Source: Delftia acidovorans NBRC 14950 (GTDB lineage Bacteria; Pseudomonadota; Gammaproteobacteria; Burkholderiales; Burkholderiaceae_C). Taken from it: a DNA stretch of 32,000 nucleotides. Positions 18,794-27,246 of this stretch are shown one piece after another. The stretch spans positions 60,001 through 92,000 of the forward strand of contig NZ_BCZP01000001.1 in the NCBI RefSeq assembly GCF_001598795.1. Reading direction: 5' to 3'. Made by a program: the position numbers and the translations under genes. Positions within the stretch are counted from its first letter, which is position 1, and every line of letters starts with the position of its first letter. The notes under the pieces are model-generated. The model saw only the letters and a list, made by a program, of their open reading frames with translations, was not told the DNA's origin and searched no databases.

Positions 18794-19105
18794 ATGCCTA
18801 TTTATGCATACAAGTGTGGCTCCTGCGGTCATGCCAAGGACGTGCTGCGGAAAATCTCGGATGCTCCGCTGACGACCTGCCCGGCCTGTGGTGCCGAGGC
18901 CTTTTCCAAGCAGCTGACGGCTGCCGGCTTTCAGCTCAAGGGCTCGGGCTGGTACGCGACCGACTTCAAGAACAGCGGCAGCAAGAGCGCCGCCACGCCG
19001 GCTCCAGCGGCAGACACCCAGGCCTCGGATACATCTGCCGCACCTGCGGCAACTGCGCCTGCTGCGGCCCCCGCATCTGCTCCCGCACCCTCCACGGGCC
19101 ATTAA
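18794..19105 (+). CDS. FmdB-family zinc-ribbon protein with Ala/Pro-rich tail
   Basis: 103 aa, embedded at the end of a spurious long ORF (17909..19105). MPIYAYKCGSCGHAKDVL...CPACGAE carries the CxxC...CxxC motif characteristic of FmdB/CxxC_CxxC_SSSS proteins. GSGWY follows, then a low-complexity A/P/S/T tail. Confidence 0.85.
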   Translation: MPIYAYKCGSCGHAKDVLRKISDAPLTTCPACGAEAFSKQLTAAGFQLKGSGWYATDFKNSGSKSAATPAPAADTQASDTSAAPAATAPAAAPASAPAPSTGH

Positions 19106-19123
19106 TCAAGGCTTGCATTTCTC

Positions 19124-19747
19124 ATGTCCGCTCTGCGCAAATGGCTGTTCGCCGGCCTGCTGGTGATTGTTCCTCTGGTGATCACGCTGGGCGTGCTCAA
19201 CTGGATCATCGGCACGCTGGACCAGACGCTGGCCATCCTGCCCGAGGCCTGGCATCCGGACCGGCTGCTGGGTTTCCACATTCCCGGCTTCGGCGTGGTG
19301 CTCACGCTGCTGATCCTGCTGGTGGTTGGCGCTGCGGCCAGCAACTTCATCGGCCGCAAGCTTGTCTCCTGGGGCGATGCGGTGGTCAGCCGCATTCCCG
19401 TGGTGCGCTCCATCTATTCCAGCGTCAAGCAGGTGTCCGACACCGTGTTCTCGGACAGTGGCAATGCGTTTCGCACCGCCGTGCTGGTGCAGTGGCCGCG
19501 CGAAGGCGTCTGGACCGTGGCCTTCGTCACCGGCTCGCCCAGTGGAGAGGTCGCCGCCTATCTGCGTGACGAATACCTGAGCGTCTTCGTGCCGACAACG
19601 CCGAACCCGACGGGCGGCTATTTCGTCATCGTTCGCAAGAGCGATTGCATCGAGCTGGAAATGAGCGTGGATGCCGCGCTCAAGTACATTGTTTCGATGG
19701 GCGTGGTGACTCCTCCGGATCTCACACTGCCCGCGGAATCCAAATAA
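19124..19747 (+). CDS. DUF502 family membrane protein
   Basis: 207-aa ORF with two N-terminal TM helices. The motif [15 protein letters not shown] is characteristic of DUF502. Confidence 0.85.
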   Translation: MSALRKWLFAGLLVIVPLVITLGVLNWIIGTLDQTLAILPEAWHPDRLLGFHIPGFGVVLTLLILLVVGAAASNFIGRKLVSWGDAVVSRIPVVRSIYSSVKQVSDTVFSDSGNAFRTAVLVQWPREGVWTVAFVTGSPSGEVAAYLRDEYLSVFVPTTPNPTGGYFVIVRKSDCIELEMSVDAALKYIVSMGVVTPPDLTLPAESK

Positions 19748-19788
19748 CAAACTGTCGCGCCCATCCCGGGCGCAGGAAGCTTTTCATC

Positions 19789-21591
19789 ATGGCCATGCGC
19801 TCCCATTACTGCGGTCTAGTGACCGAAGCCCTGATGGGCGAAACCGTTACCCTGTGCGGCTGGGTGAACCGTCGCCGCGACCATGGCGGCGTGATCTTCA
19901 TCGACCTGCGCGACCGCGAAGGCTATGTGCAGGTGGTCTGCGACCCCGACCGTGCCGAGATGTTCAAGACTGCCGAAGGCCTGCGCAACGAGTTCTGCGT
20001 GCAGGTCAAGGGCCTGGTGCGCGCACGTCCCGAAGGCACGACCAACGACAAGCTCAAGAGCGGCCAGATCGAAGTGCTGTGCCACGAGCTGAACGTGCTC
20101 AACGCCTCGGTCACGCCCCCGTTCCAGCTGGACGACGAGAACCTGTCCGAGACCGTGCGCCTGACCAACCGCGTGCTGGACCTGCGCCGCCCCTACATGC
20201 AGCGCAACATGATGCTGCGCTACCGCACGGCTATCCAGGTGCGCAACTTCCTGGACAAGGAAGGCTTCATCGACATCGAAACGCCCATGTTGGGCAAGAG
20301 CACGCCCGAAGGCGCGCGCGACTACTTGGTGCCCAGCCGTGTGCACGATGGCGAGTTCTTCGCCCTGCCGCAGTCGCCCCAGCTGTACAAGCAGATGCTG
20401 ATGGTGGCCGGCTACGACCGCTACTACCAGATCACCAAGTGCTTCCGCGACGAAGACCTGCGCGCCGACCGCCAGCCCGAGTTCACGCAGATCGACTGCG
20501 AGACCTCGTTCCTGGACGAAGAGGAAATCCGCGCCATCTTCCAGCGCATGATCACCGAGGTCTTCAAGACCCAGCTGGACGTGGATCTGGGCGAGTTCCC
20601 GATGATGACGTACCAGGATGCGGCCTTCCGCTTCGGCTCGGACAAGCCTGACCTGCGCGTCAAGCTCGAGTTCACCGAACTGACCGAAGTCATGAAGGAC
20701 GTGGACTTCAAGGTGTTCTCCACCCCCGCCACGACCAAGGGCGGCCGCGTGGTCGCGCTGCGCGTGCCCGGCGGCTCGCAGATCTCGCGCGGCGAGATCG
20801 ACCAGTACACCGAATTCGTCAAGATCTACGGCGCCAAGGGCCTGGCCTGGATCAAGGTCAACGAAGTGGTCAAGGGCCGCGATGGCCTGCAGTCTCCCAT
20901 CGTCAAGAACCTGCATGACGCGGCCATTGCCGAGATCCTCAAGCGCACGGGCGCACAGGACGGCGACCTCATCTTCTTTGGCGCAGACAAGGAAAAGATC
21001 GTCAACGACTCCATCGGCGCGCTGCGCCTGAAGGTGGGTCACAGCGAATTCGGCAAGGCCAACGGCCTGTTCGAGAACCGCTGGGCGCCGCTGTGGGTGG
21101 TGGACTTCCCCATGTTCGAGCACGACGAGGAAAACGACCGCTGGGCGGCCGTGCACCATCCCTTCACCTCGCCCAAGGACGGCCACGAGGAACTCATGGT
21201 CACCGACCCGGCCAACTGCCTGGCCAAGGCCTACGACATGGTCCTGAACGGCTGGGAGCTGGGCGGCGGCTCGGTGCGTATCCACCGCGCCGACGTGCAG
21301 AGCAAGGTGTTTGACGCGCTCAAGATCTCGCCCGAAGACGCTCGCGCCAAGTTCGGCTACCTGCTGGACGCGCTGCAGTACGGCGCGCCCCCGCACGGTG
21401 GCCTGGCCTTCGGCCTGGACCGCCTGATCACGCTGATGACGGGTGCCGACTCCATCCGTGACGTGATCGCCTTCCCCAAGACCCAGCGTGCCCAGGACCT
21501 GCTGACCCAGGCGCCTTCGCCCGTGGACGAAAAGCAGCTGCGCGAGCTGCACATCCGCCTGCGCAATCCGCTGGCGGCCACCCAGGGCTGA
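19789..21591 (+). CDS. aspS: aspartate--tRNA ligase
   Basis: ORF 19645..21591 trimmed to the ATG at 19789 ([45 protein letters not shown]), giving 600 aa. Class II motifs are [39 protein letters not shown] and [13 protein letters not shown]. Confidence 0.96.
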   Translation: MAMRSHYCGLVTEALMGETVTLCGWVNRRRDHGGVIFIDLRDREGYVQVVCDPDRAEMFKTAEGLRNEFCVQVKGLVRARPEGTTNDKLKSGQIEVLCHELNVLNASVTPPFQLDDENLSETVRLTNRVLDLRRPYMQRNMMLRYRTAIQVRNFLDKEGFIDIETPMLGKSTPEGARDYLVPSRVHDGEFFALPQSPQLYKQMLMVAGYDRYYQITKCFRDEDLRADRQPEFTQIDCETSFLDEEEIRAIFQRMITEVFKTQLDVDLGEFPMMTYQDAAFRFGSDKPDLRVKLEFTELTEVMKDVDFKVFSTPATTKGGRVVALRVPGGSQISRGEIDQYTEFVKIYGAKGLAWIKVNEVVKGRDGLQSPIVKNLHDAAIAEILKRTGAQDGDLIFFGADKEKIVNDSIGALRLKVGHSEFGKANGLFENRWAPLWVVDFPMFEHDEENDRWAAVHHPFTSPKDGHEELMVTDPANCLAKAYDMVLNGWELGGGSVRIHRADVQSKVFDALKISPEDARAKFGYLLDALQYGAPPHGGLAFGLDRLITLMTGADSIRDVIAFPKTQRAQDLLTQAPSPVDEKQLRELHIRLRNPLAATQG

Positions 21592-21619
21592 GGACCGCGC
21601 CTGGCGGCTTGATACGGAC

Positions 21620-21656
21620 GGCAGAAGCTGGCACAGCTTCTGCCGTTTTTCTTTTT
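21620..21656 (+). terminator. rho-independent terminator after aspS
   Basis: GGCAGAAGCTG-gca-CAGCTTCTGCC is a perfect 11-bp stem, followed by GTTTTTCTTTTT. Confidence 0.8.
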
Positions 21657-21669
21657 GCGGAGAGCTTTC

Positions 21670-22485
21670 ATGCGTTTTCAAGTCATTGCATCGGTGGCGC
21701 TGGCTGTGCTGGCAGGACTGGGTCTGTCCGGTTGCGGGGAAAAGAAGACCGAGCTGGGGCAGGGCGGCTCGGAGATCACCGGCTCCGCCGGGCCGCTGGG
21801 CGCGAACAATGGCTCGCGCGAACTCGTGCGCTGCGACGCGCCCGTGGCCACGCTGGCCCTGGCCGAGAATCCCAACGGCTACGTCATGGGGTCGGGCTAC
21901 CAGTTGCCCGCCTCGCCCGTGCCGCTGATCAAGCTGCTGGCCCAGCAAAGCGGGTGCTTTCGTGTGGTGGATCGGGGAGCGGGCCTGCGCGGCACGGTGC
22001 AGGAGCAGGACCTGAAGAACGCCGGCGTACTGCGCGAGAACTCCACGGTGCGCAAGGGCCGTGGCTATGAGGCGCAATACACGCTGACGCCCAGCCTGAC
22101 CTTCAGCGAGCAGGACGCGGGCCGGGGTCTGGCCGGCGTGGTTGCCATGATTCCGGTGCTGCGGGACATTGCGGGGCTGGTCGGCATGGTCGAGCAGGTC
22201 AAGTTCAAGGAGGCGCAGACCGCGCTGCTGCTGTCGGACAACGAAACCACCGAGCAGGTGGCCGCTGCCACGGGCGCCGCCCGCACCACCGATCTGGGCG
22301 TGGGCGGCATGGTGCTGGGCCGCCTGGGCGCGGCGGGCGCGGGCTGGAGCAATACCAACGAGGGCAAGGTCATCGCCGCCGCCTTTCTGGATGCGCACAA
22401 CCAGCTCGTGCATCAGGTACGCGCGCTGCAGGCCAAGGATCTGCCACCGCCTGTGGCGACCAAAGCGGTCCAGGGCAAGGGCTGA
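21670..22485 (+). CDS. outer-membrane-type lipoprotein, probably CsgG/HfaB-like fold
   Basis: ORF 21655..22485 trimmed to the ATG at 21670, with GGAG upstream. Lipobox is LAGLGLSGC. By-eye alignment to E. coli CsgG is recognisable: L..LL.QSGCFRVVDRG.L......E..L, then a Gly-rich central segment, then NEGKVIAAAFLDAHNQLV. The CDS itself is solid; confidence in the family call is about 0.5. Confidence 0.75.
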   Translation: MRFQVIASVALAVLAGLGLSGCGEKKTELGQGGSEITGSAGPLGANNGSRELVRCDAPVATLALAENPNGYVMGSGYQLPASPVPLIKLLAQQSGCFRVVDRGAGLRGTVQEQDLKNAGVLRENSTVRKGRGYEAQYTLTPSLTFSEQDAGRGLAGVVAMIPVLRDIAGLVGMVEQVKFKEAQTALLLSDNETTEQVAAATGAARTTDLGVGGMVLGRLGAAGAGWSNTNEGKVIAAAFLDAHNQLVHQVRALQAKDLPPPVATKAVQGKG

Positions 22486-22970
22486 TGCCTGCCATGCCAG
22501 GCTACAAGATCCCTGAATCGGTGCTGGTCGTCATCTACCGCGATGACGGGCAGGTGCTGCTGATGCGCCGCACGGCACCGGCGCCTGAGGGCGGGGAGTT
22601 CTGGCAGTCGGTGACGGGCAGCAAGGACCATGAAGGCGAGTCCTGGCGCGAGACCGCAGTGCGCGAGGTGCGGGAAGAAACCGGCATCGACCCCGAGGCG
22701 CCCGGCTGCCTGCTGCAGGACTGGGCGCTGGAGAACATCTACACCATCTACCCGGCCTGGCAGCACCGCTATGCACCCGGTGTATGGCACAACCGCGAGA
22801 GGGTTTTCGGCCTGCGGATTCCGTCCTACACCCCTGTGTTCTTGAATCCGAGGGAACATACCGCATCTGCTTGGCATCATTGGCATGACGCTGCCGAGCG
22901 CTGCTACTCCCCGTCCAATGCGGAAGCCATCCTGATGCTGCCGCGATTCGCTTCACTGGAGCTGGACTGA
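22485..22970 (+). CDS. nudB: dihydroneopterin triphosphate diphosphatase (Nudix)
   Basis: 161-aa ORF. YKIPESVLVVIY...FWQSVTGS...REVREETGI...HRYAPGV..N.E..F.L aligns along its length with E. coli NudB (YKRPVSILVVIY, FWQSVTGS, REVKEEVTI, HRYAPGVTRNTESWF). Its ATG overlaps the lipoprotein stop (TGATG). An alternative ATG lies at 22494. Confidence 0.85.
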   Translation: MPAMPGYKIPESVLVVIYRDDGQVLLMRRTAPAPEGGEFWQSVTGSKDHEGESWRETAVREVREETGIDPEAPGCLLQDWALENIYTIYPAWQHRYAPGVWHNRERVFGLRIPSYTPVFLNPREHTASAWHHWHDAAERCYSPSNAEAILMLPRFASLELD

Positions 22971-22997
22971 TCCCGATCCCTGTGTTCCTGACCGCCT

Positions 22998-23771
22998 ATG
23001 ACTGACAACGTGAAATCCTCCCACGAGGTGGACCCCGGCCCGTCCATACTGCGCGTCGCGACCTACAACATCCACAAGGGCGTGCAAGGCATGGGTCCCG
23101 TGCGCCGCCTGGAGATCCACAACCTGGGCCATGCCGTCGAGCAGCTCGATGCCGACATCGTCTGCCTGCAGGAAGTGCGCAAGATGAACCACAAGGAGGC
23201 CGCCTACTTCGAGCGCTGGCCCCAGGTCTCGCAGGCGGAGTACCTGGCCCCCCTGGGCTACGAGGCCGTCTACCGCACCAATGCCTACACGCGCCACGGC
23301 GAGCATGGCAACGCGCTGCTCACCCGCTGGCCCGTGGTGGGCCACCAGCACGAGGACATCTCCGACCACCGCTTCGAGCAGCGGGGCCTGCTGCATGTGG
23401 AGGTGGAAGTGCAGAACCGGCGTGTGCACACCATCGTGGTGCACCTGGGGCTGATCCCCGGCAGCCGCGTGCGCCAGGTCTCCCAGCTCAAGCGCTTCAT
23501 CGAGCGCGAGGTGCCGCCCGGCGCGCCCGTGGTGGTGGCTGGCGACTTCAACGACTGGGGTGGCCAGATCAAGCGCATGCTTGGCGGTTTCGGCCTGTAC
23601 GAATACGACGAATTGCCCAGCGTGCCCACCTATCCCTCGCGCCTGCCGCTGGCCCAGCTGGACCACGTCTACGTGCGCGGCCTCACCCCGCTGGGCCTGC
23701 ATGTGCCCAAGGGACGCATCTGGTGGCGCATGTCCGACCATCTGCCGCTGATTGCCGAATTCCGCCTCTAG
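22998..23771 (+). CDS. endonuclease/exonuclease/phosphatase (EEP) family protein (YbhP-like)
   Basis: 257-aa ORF with EEP motifs ATYNIHKG, DIVCLQEV, GNALLTRWP, VVVAGDFND and SDHLPLIAEF. Confidence 0.88.
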   Translation: MTDNVKSSHEVDPGPSILRVATYNIHKGVQGMGPVRRLEIHNLGHAVEQLDADIVCLQEVRKMNHKEAAYFERWPQVSQAEYLAPLGYEAVYRTNAYTRHGEHGNALLTRWPVVGHQHEDISDHRFEQRGLLHVEVEVQNRRVHTIVVHLGLIPGSRVRQVSQLKRFIEREVPPGAPVVVAGDFNDWGGQIKRMLGGFGLYEYDELPSVPTYPSRLPLAQLDHVYVRGLTPLGLHVPKGRIWWRMSDHLPLIAEFRL

Positions 23772-23891
23772 CCCCGGGTTCTGTCACACAAGCCATTCTT
23801 TTGCTATTGAAATGATAGCTTTCAGCGCGGGCAGAACCTGCGTTTGGGTGGAAAATCCCTTGCGTGCCATGCCGCGGGTTTCGCTGTTACC

Positions 23892-24623
23892 ATGCCAGCC
23901 ATGTTCAGAGAACTCGTCGACATGAAACAAGACAGCCAGGCCGAGGGCACCCCCGTCTCGGTCAAGATCCGCGAACGGTTGAAGCAGGCGCAAAAGCGCT
24001 TTCATGCGAACGACAACATCTCCGAATTCATCGAGCCCGGTGAACTCGAGCTGCTGCTCGACGAAGTCCAGGACAAGATGCAGGGCGTGCTCGACAGCAT
24101 GGTCATCGACACCACGCACGACCACAACACGCGCGCCACGGCGCGCCGCGTGGCCAAGATGTATGTCAACGAAGTGTTCCGCGGCCGCTATGTGGCGCAG
24201 CCCGCCATCACCGAGTTCCCCAACGCCGAGCACCTCAACGAGCTGATGATCGTCGGCCCGATCACGGTGCGCAGCGCCTGCAGCCACCATCTGTGCCCGG
24301 TGATCGGCAAGATCTGGATCGGCGTGCTGCCCAACAAGAACACCAATGTCATCGGCCTGTCCAAGTACGCGCGGCTGGTGGACTGGATCATGGGCCGCCC
24401 CCAGATCCAGGAAGAGGCCATCATCCAGCTGGCCGACCTGATCCTCGACAAGACCCGCCCCGACGGCCTGGCCGTGGTCATGGAGGCTTCGCACTTTTGC
24501 ATGTCCTGGCGCGGCGTGCGCGAGATGGACAGCAAGATGCTGAACTCCGTCATGCGCGGCGCCTTCCTCACCAATCCTGAACTGCGCCGCGAGTTCCTCT
24601 CGCTGGTGTCCAGCCGCAGGTAA
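23892..24623 (+). CDS. folE: GTP cyclohydrolase I (FolE type 1)
   Basis: ORF 23844..24623. The start is uncertain, with ATG candidates at 23892, 23901 and 23922. Motifs are ARRVAKMY, CSHHLCPV (a variant of the canonical CEHH zinc motif), GLSKYARLVDWIMGRPQIQEE and ASHFCMSWRGV. Confidence 0.88.
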   Translation: MPAMFRELVDMKQDSQAEGTPVSVKIRERLKQAQKRFHANDNISEFIEPGELELLLDEVQDKMQGVLDSMVIDTTHDHNTRATARRVAKMYVNEVFRGRYVAQPAITEFPNAEHLNELMIVGPITVRSACSHHLCPVIGKIWIGVLPNKNTNVIGLSKYARLVDWIMGRPQIQEEAIIQLADLILDKTRPDGLAVVMEASHFCMSWRGVREMDSKMLNSVMRGAFLTNPELRREFLSLVSSRR

Positions 24624-24665
24624 ACCCCCGGGGTGGCGTCCTCGGACGCCTCACACAACACCCCA

Positions 24666-24694
24666 GGCTGCGCAGTGCGCGGCCTTTTTTCTTT
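24666..24694 (+). terminator. rho-independent terminator after folE
   Basis: GGCTGCGCA-g-TGCGCGGCC is a GC-rich stem with one G-U pair (the loop would form by opening the apical pairs). TTTTTTCTTT follows. Confidence 0.6.
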
Positions 24695-24734
24695 CCCGCG
24701 CCAAGCCCGAGCCCCGCTTTCCCCGGACCTGCCC

Positions 24735-25616
24735 ATGTCGCTGCAAGCCTTTGCCCTGATCATCGTCGCCGGCCTCATCCATGCCGGCTGGAACATCGTG
24801 GCCAAGAAGGCGGGCGGCGACTCGCGCTTCGCCTTCTTCACCTCGATCATCATGATGGTGATCTGGGCACCGCTGGGCTGGTGGGTGGGGCGCGATGTGG
24901 TGCCCACATGGGGGCGCAACGAATGGCTGGTGGTGCTGGCCAGCGGCCTGCTGCACGTGGCCTACTACGTGACCTTGCTGCGTGGCTACCGCAGCGCGGA
25001 CCTCACCGTGGTCTATCCGCTGGCGCGCGGCTCGGGGCCGCTGCTGTCGTCCATGGTGGCGGTGGTGTTCCTGGGGGAGCAGATTTCCTCGCTGGGCGTG
25101 CTGGGCATTGCCGGCGTGGTGGTTGGCGTGTTCCTGATCGCGGGCGGCCCCGGCCTGCTGCGCGCACGCCATGACCCCGAAGCGCGCGAGCGGCTGCGGC
25201 TGGGCCTTTGGTACGGCCTGCTGACGGGTGCCTTCATCGCCAGCTACACCGTGGTGGACGGCTACGGCGTGAAGATGCTGCTGATGTCGCCCATCCTCAT
25301 CGACTACATGGGCAACTTCGTGCGCGTATTCCTGCTCGCTCCCGTGGTGCTGCGCGACCTGCCCACTGCGCGCAGTCTGTGGCGCACGCAGTGGCGCTTC
25401 GCGGCCCTGGTGGCGTTGATCAGCCCCATCGCCTATGTGCTGGTGCTCTACGCCATGCAGGATGCGCCCATGTCGCACGTGGCGCCTGCGCGCGAAGTCT
25501 CCATGCTGTTCGCGGCGCTGATCGGCGGCCACATGCTGCGCGAAGGCGACCGCCTGGCGCGCATTACAGGCGCGGTGTGCATTGCCGTCGGCGTGACGGC
25601 GCTGGGCCTGGGCTGA
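24735..25616 (+). CDS. DMT-superfamily (EamA-like) transporter
   Basis: ORF 24633..25616 trimmed to the ATG at 24735 (MSLQAFALIIVAGLIHAGWNIVAKK), giving 293 aa. About 10 predicted TM helices form two EamA-like halves. Confidence 0.85.
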   Translation: MSLQAFALIIVAGLIHAGWNIVAKKAGGDSRFAFFTSIIMMVIWAPLGWWVGRDVVPTWGRNEWLVVLASGLLHVAYYVTLLRGYRSADLTVVYPLARGSGPLLSSMVAVVFLGEQISSLGVLGIAGVVVGVFLIAGGPGLLRARHDPEARERLRLGLWYGLLTGAFIASYTVVDGYGVKMLLMSPILIDYMGNFVRVFLLAPVVLRDLPTARSLWRTQWRFAALVALISPIAYVLVLYAMQDAPMSHVAPAREVSMLFAALIGGHMLREGDRLARITGAVCIAVGVTALGLG

Positions 25617-25621
25617 GCGCC

Positions 25622-26494
25622 ATGGCTGCAATGCGGGTGCTGGGCTGCGATTTCAGCAGCCGGCCTACGGCGCGCAAGCCCATCACCATGGCCCTGGGCC
25701 GTCTGCTGGCTGGCGACACGGTGGTCCTGCAGGAGCTGCTGGAGTTTGCCTCGCTGGACGCATGGGCTGCCTGGCTGGCCCGGCCCGCCGATTCGGCGCA
25801 GTCGGCGCAGTCGGCCTGGGTGGGCGGATTCGACCTGCCTTTCGGCCTGCCGCGCGAACTGGTGGAGCAACTGGGCTGGCCCACGGACTGGGCGGCCTGC
25901 ATGGATCACTACGCCGGCCTCACGCGCCAGGCCATACGCGAGCAGTTCAGGGCCTTTTGCGCGGCGCGGCCCGCAGGCGGCAAGTTCGCGCACCGCGCCA
26001 CGGACGGGCCTGCGGGGGCCAGCCCTTCCATGAAATGGGTGAACCCGCCCGTGGCCTACATGCTGCATGCCGGGCTGCCCTTGCTGCGCGCGGCCGGCGT
26101 GCATCTGCCGGGCCTGCAACGGCCAGGCGAAGGCGATGCGCGCCGCGTGGCGCTGGAAGCCTACCCGGGCATGCTGGCGCGCGCCGTGATCGGGCGCCGC
26201 AGCTACAAAAGCGACGAGCCCGCACGGCAAACGCCCGAACGCCATCAGGCGCGTGTGCAATTGCTGGCGGCGCTGGAGAGCGGCGACAACCCGCTGGCGC
26301 TGCGCCTGCGTATCGACGCCGAAGAAGCCCGCAACCAGTTGCTGGCGGACGGCAGCGGAGACCGGCTGGACGCCGTGATCTGCATGCTGCAGGCCGCCTG
26401 GGCCGCGGCCCGCCATGCGCAGGGCGATGCGCTCTACGGATTGCCGCACGACCTGGACCCGCTGGAAGGCTGGATCGTCACGGCGCAAGCCTGA
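25622..26494 (+). CDS. hypothetical protein, possibly DUF429 family
   Basis: ORF 25208..26494 trimmed to the ATG at 25622 (MAAMRVLGCDFSSRPTARKP...), giving 290 aa. The GCDFS start, FDLPFGLP and HRATD segments resemble my recollection of DUF429. This assignment is unverified. Confidence 0.6.
   Translation: MAAMRVLGCDFSSRPTARKPITMALGRLLAGDTVVLQELLEFASLDAWAAWLARPADSAQSAQSAWVGGFDLPFGLPRELVEQLGWPTDWAACMDHYAGLTRQAIREQFRAFCAARPAGGKFAHRATDGPAGASPSMKWVNPPVAYMLHAGLPLLRAAGVHLPGLQRPGEGDARRVALEAYPGMLARAVIGRRSYKSDEPARQTPERHQARVQLLAALESGDNPLALRLRIDAEEARNQLLADGSGDRLDAVICMLQAAWAAARHAQGDALYGLPHDLDPLEGWIVTAQA
25793..25815 (+). repeat. 9-bp in-frame tandem repeat (TCGGCGCAG x2.5) encoding SAQSAQSA
   Basis: Direct reading gives 25793-25801 identical to 25802-25810, with a partial third copy to 25815. 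Confidence 0.9.
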
Positions 26495-26539
26495 CCCAAG
26501 CCGCGCTGGAACATGCGATGAATCGAAAAGAGAGAAGTG

Positions 26540-27184
26540 ATGCCGACCTTTGAAACCCTGCTGGCCTTTTTCGGCGTGGCCGTGCTGCTGGGCCTGAGCC
26601 CGGGGCCTGACAACCTGTTCGTGCTCATGCAATCGGCCCAGCGCGGCTGGCGCGTGGGACTGTGCGTGGTGATGGGCCTGTGCCTGGGGCTGGTGGTGCA
26701 TACGGCGGCGGTTGCGTTGGGCCTGGCGGCGCTGGTGGCTGCATCGCCCCTGCTGTTCACCGCCATCAAGCTGTGCGGCGCGGCCTATCTGGCCTGGCTG
26801 GCCTGGGGCGCGCTGCGCGCCGTGGCCCGGCCGGGCGAGATGCCGCAGGCCGGCGCAGCCGACCCGCTGACCCCCGCACGGGCACTGCGCTGGGTGGGGC
26901 GTGGCGTGGTGATGAACCTCACCAATCCCAAGGTGCTGATCTTCTTCCTGGCCTTTCTGCCGCAGTTCGCGGACCCCGCACGCGGCAGCGTGGCCACCCA
27001 GGTAATGGTGCTGGGCTGCGTGTTCATGCTGGCGGCGCTGCTGGTGTTCGGCGCCATCGCCTGCTGTTCGGGCTGGTTCGGCGTGTTGCTTCAGCGCTCC
27101 GTGCGCGCCCAGAACTGGCTCAACCGCGTGGCCGGGCTGGTCTTTCTGGGCATGGCTGTGCGGCTGGCCCTGGTGCAGCGTTAG
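26540..27184 (+). CDS. LysE/RhtB family amino-acid exporter
   Basis: 214 aa from the ATG at 26540 (a GTG at 26537 is also possible). The N-terminal motif LSPGPDNLFVL and a six-TM architecture are typical of LysE-family translocators. Confidence 0.85.
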   Translation: MPTFETLLAFFGVAVLLGLSPGPDNLFVLMQSAQRGWRVGLCVVMGLCLGLVVHTAAVALGLAALVAASPLLFTAIKLCGAAYLAWLAWGALRAVARPGEMPQAGAADPLTPARALRWVGRGVVMNLTNPKVLIFFLAFLPQFADPARGSVATQVMVLGCVFMLAALLVFGAIACCSGWFGVLLQRSVRAQNWLNRVAGLVFLGMAVRLALVQR

Positions 27185-27246
27185 GAATACTCTGCTTTTC
27201 GCTGCGGGCCACGGCGCAAGGGCCGGGCCGTGGCACAGTCCACGCC

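Noticed and set aside
23772-23891. Calling a THF riboswitch upstream of folE.
   Set aside because: I cannot match the sequence to a riboswitch consensus from memory. Only generic inverted repeats are visible, so it is reported as a leader worth scanning and not as an RNA feature.
27205-27236. Inverted repeat GCCACGGC...GCCGTGGC after the LysE gene, and CCCTGCC-actgc-GGCAGGG (29291-29309) upstream of the TctC gene, as terminators.
   Set aside because: Neither is followed by a U-rich tract. They may be REP-like or regulatory, but the sequence alone does not support a specific call.
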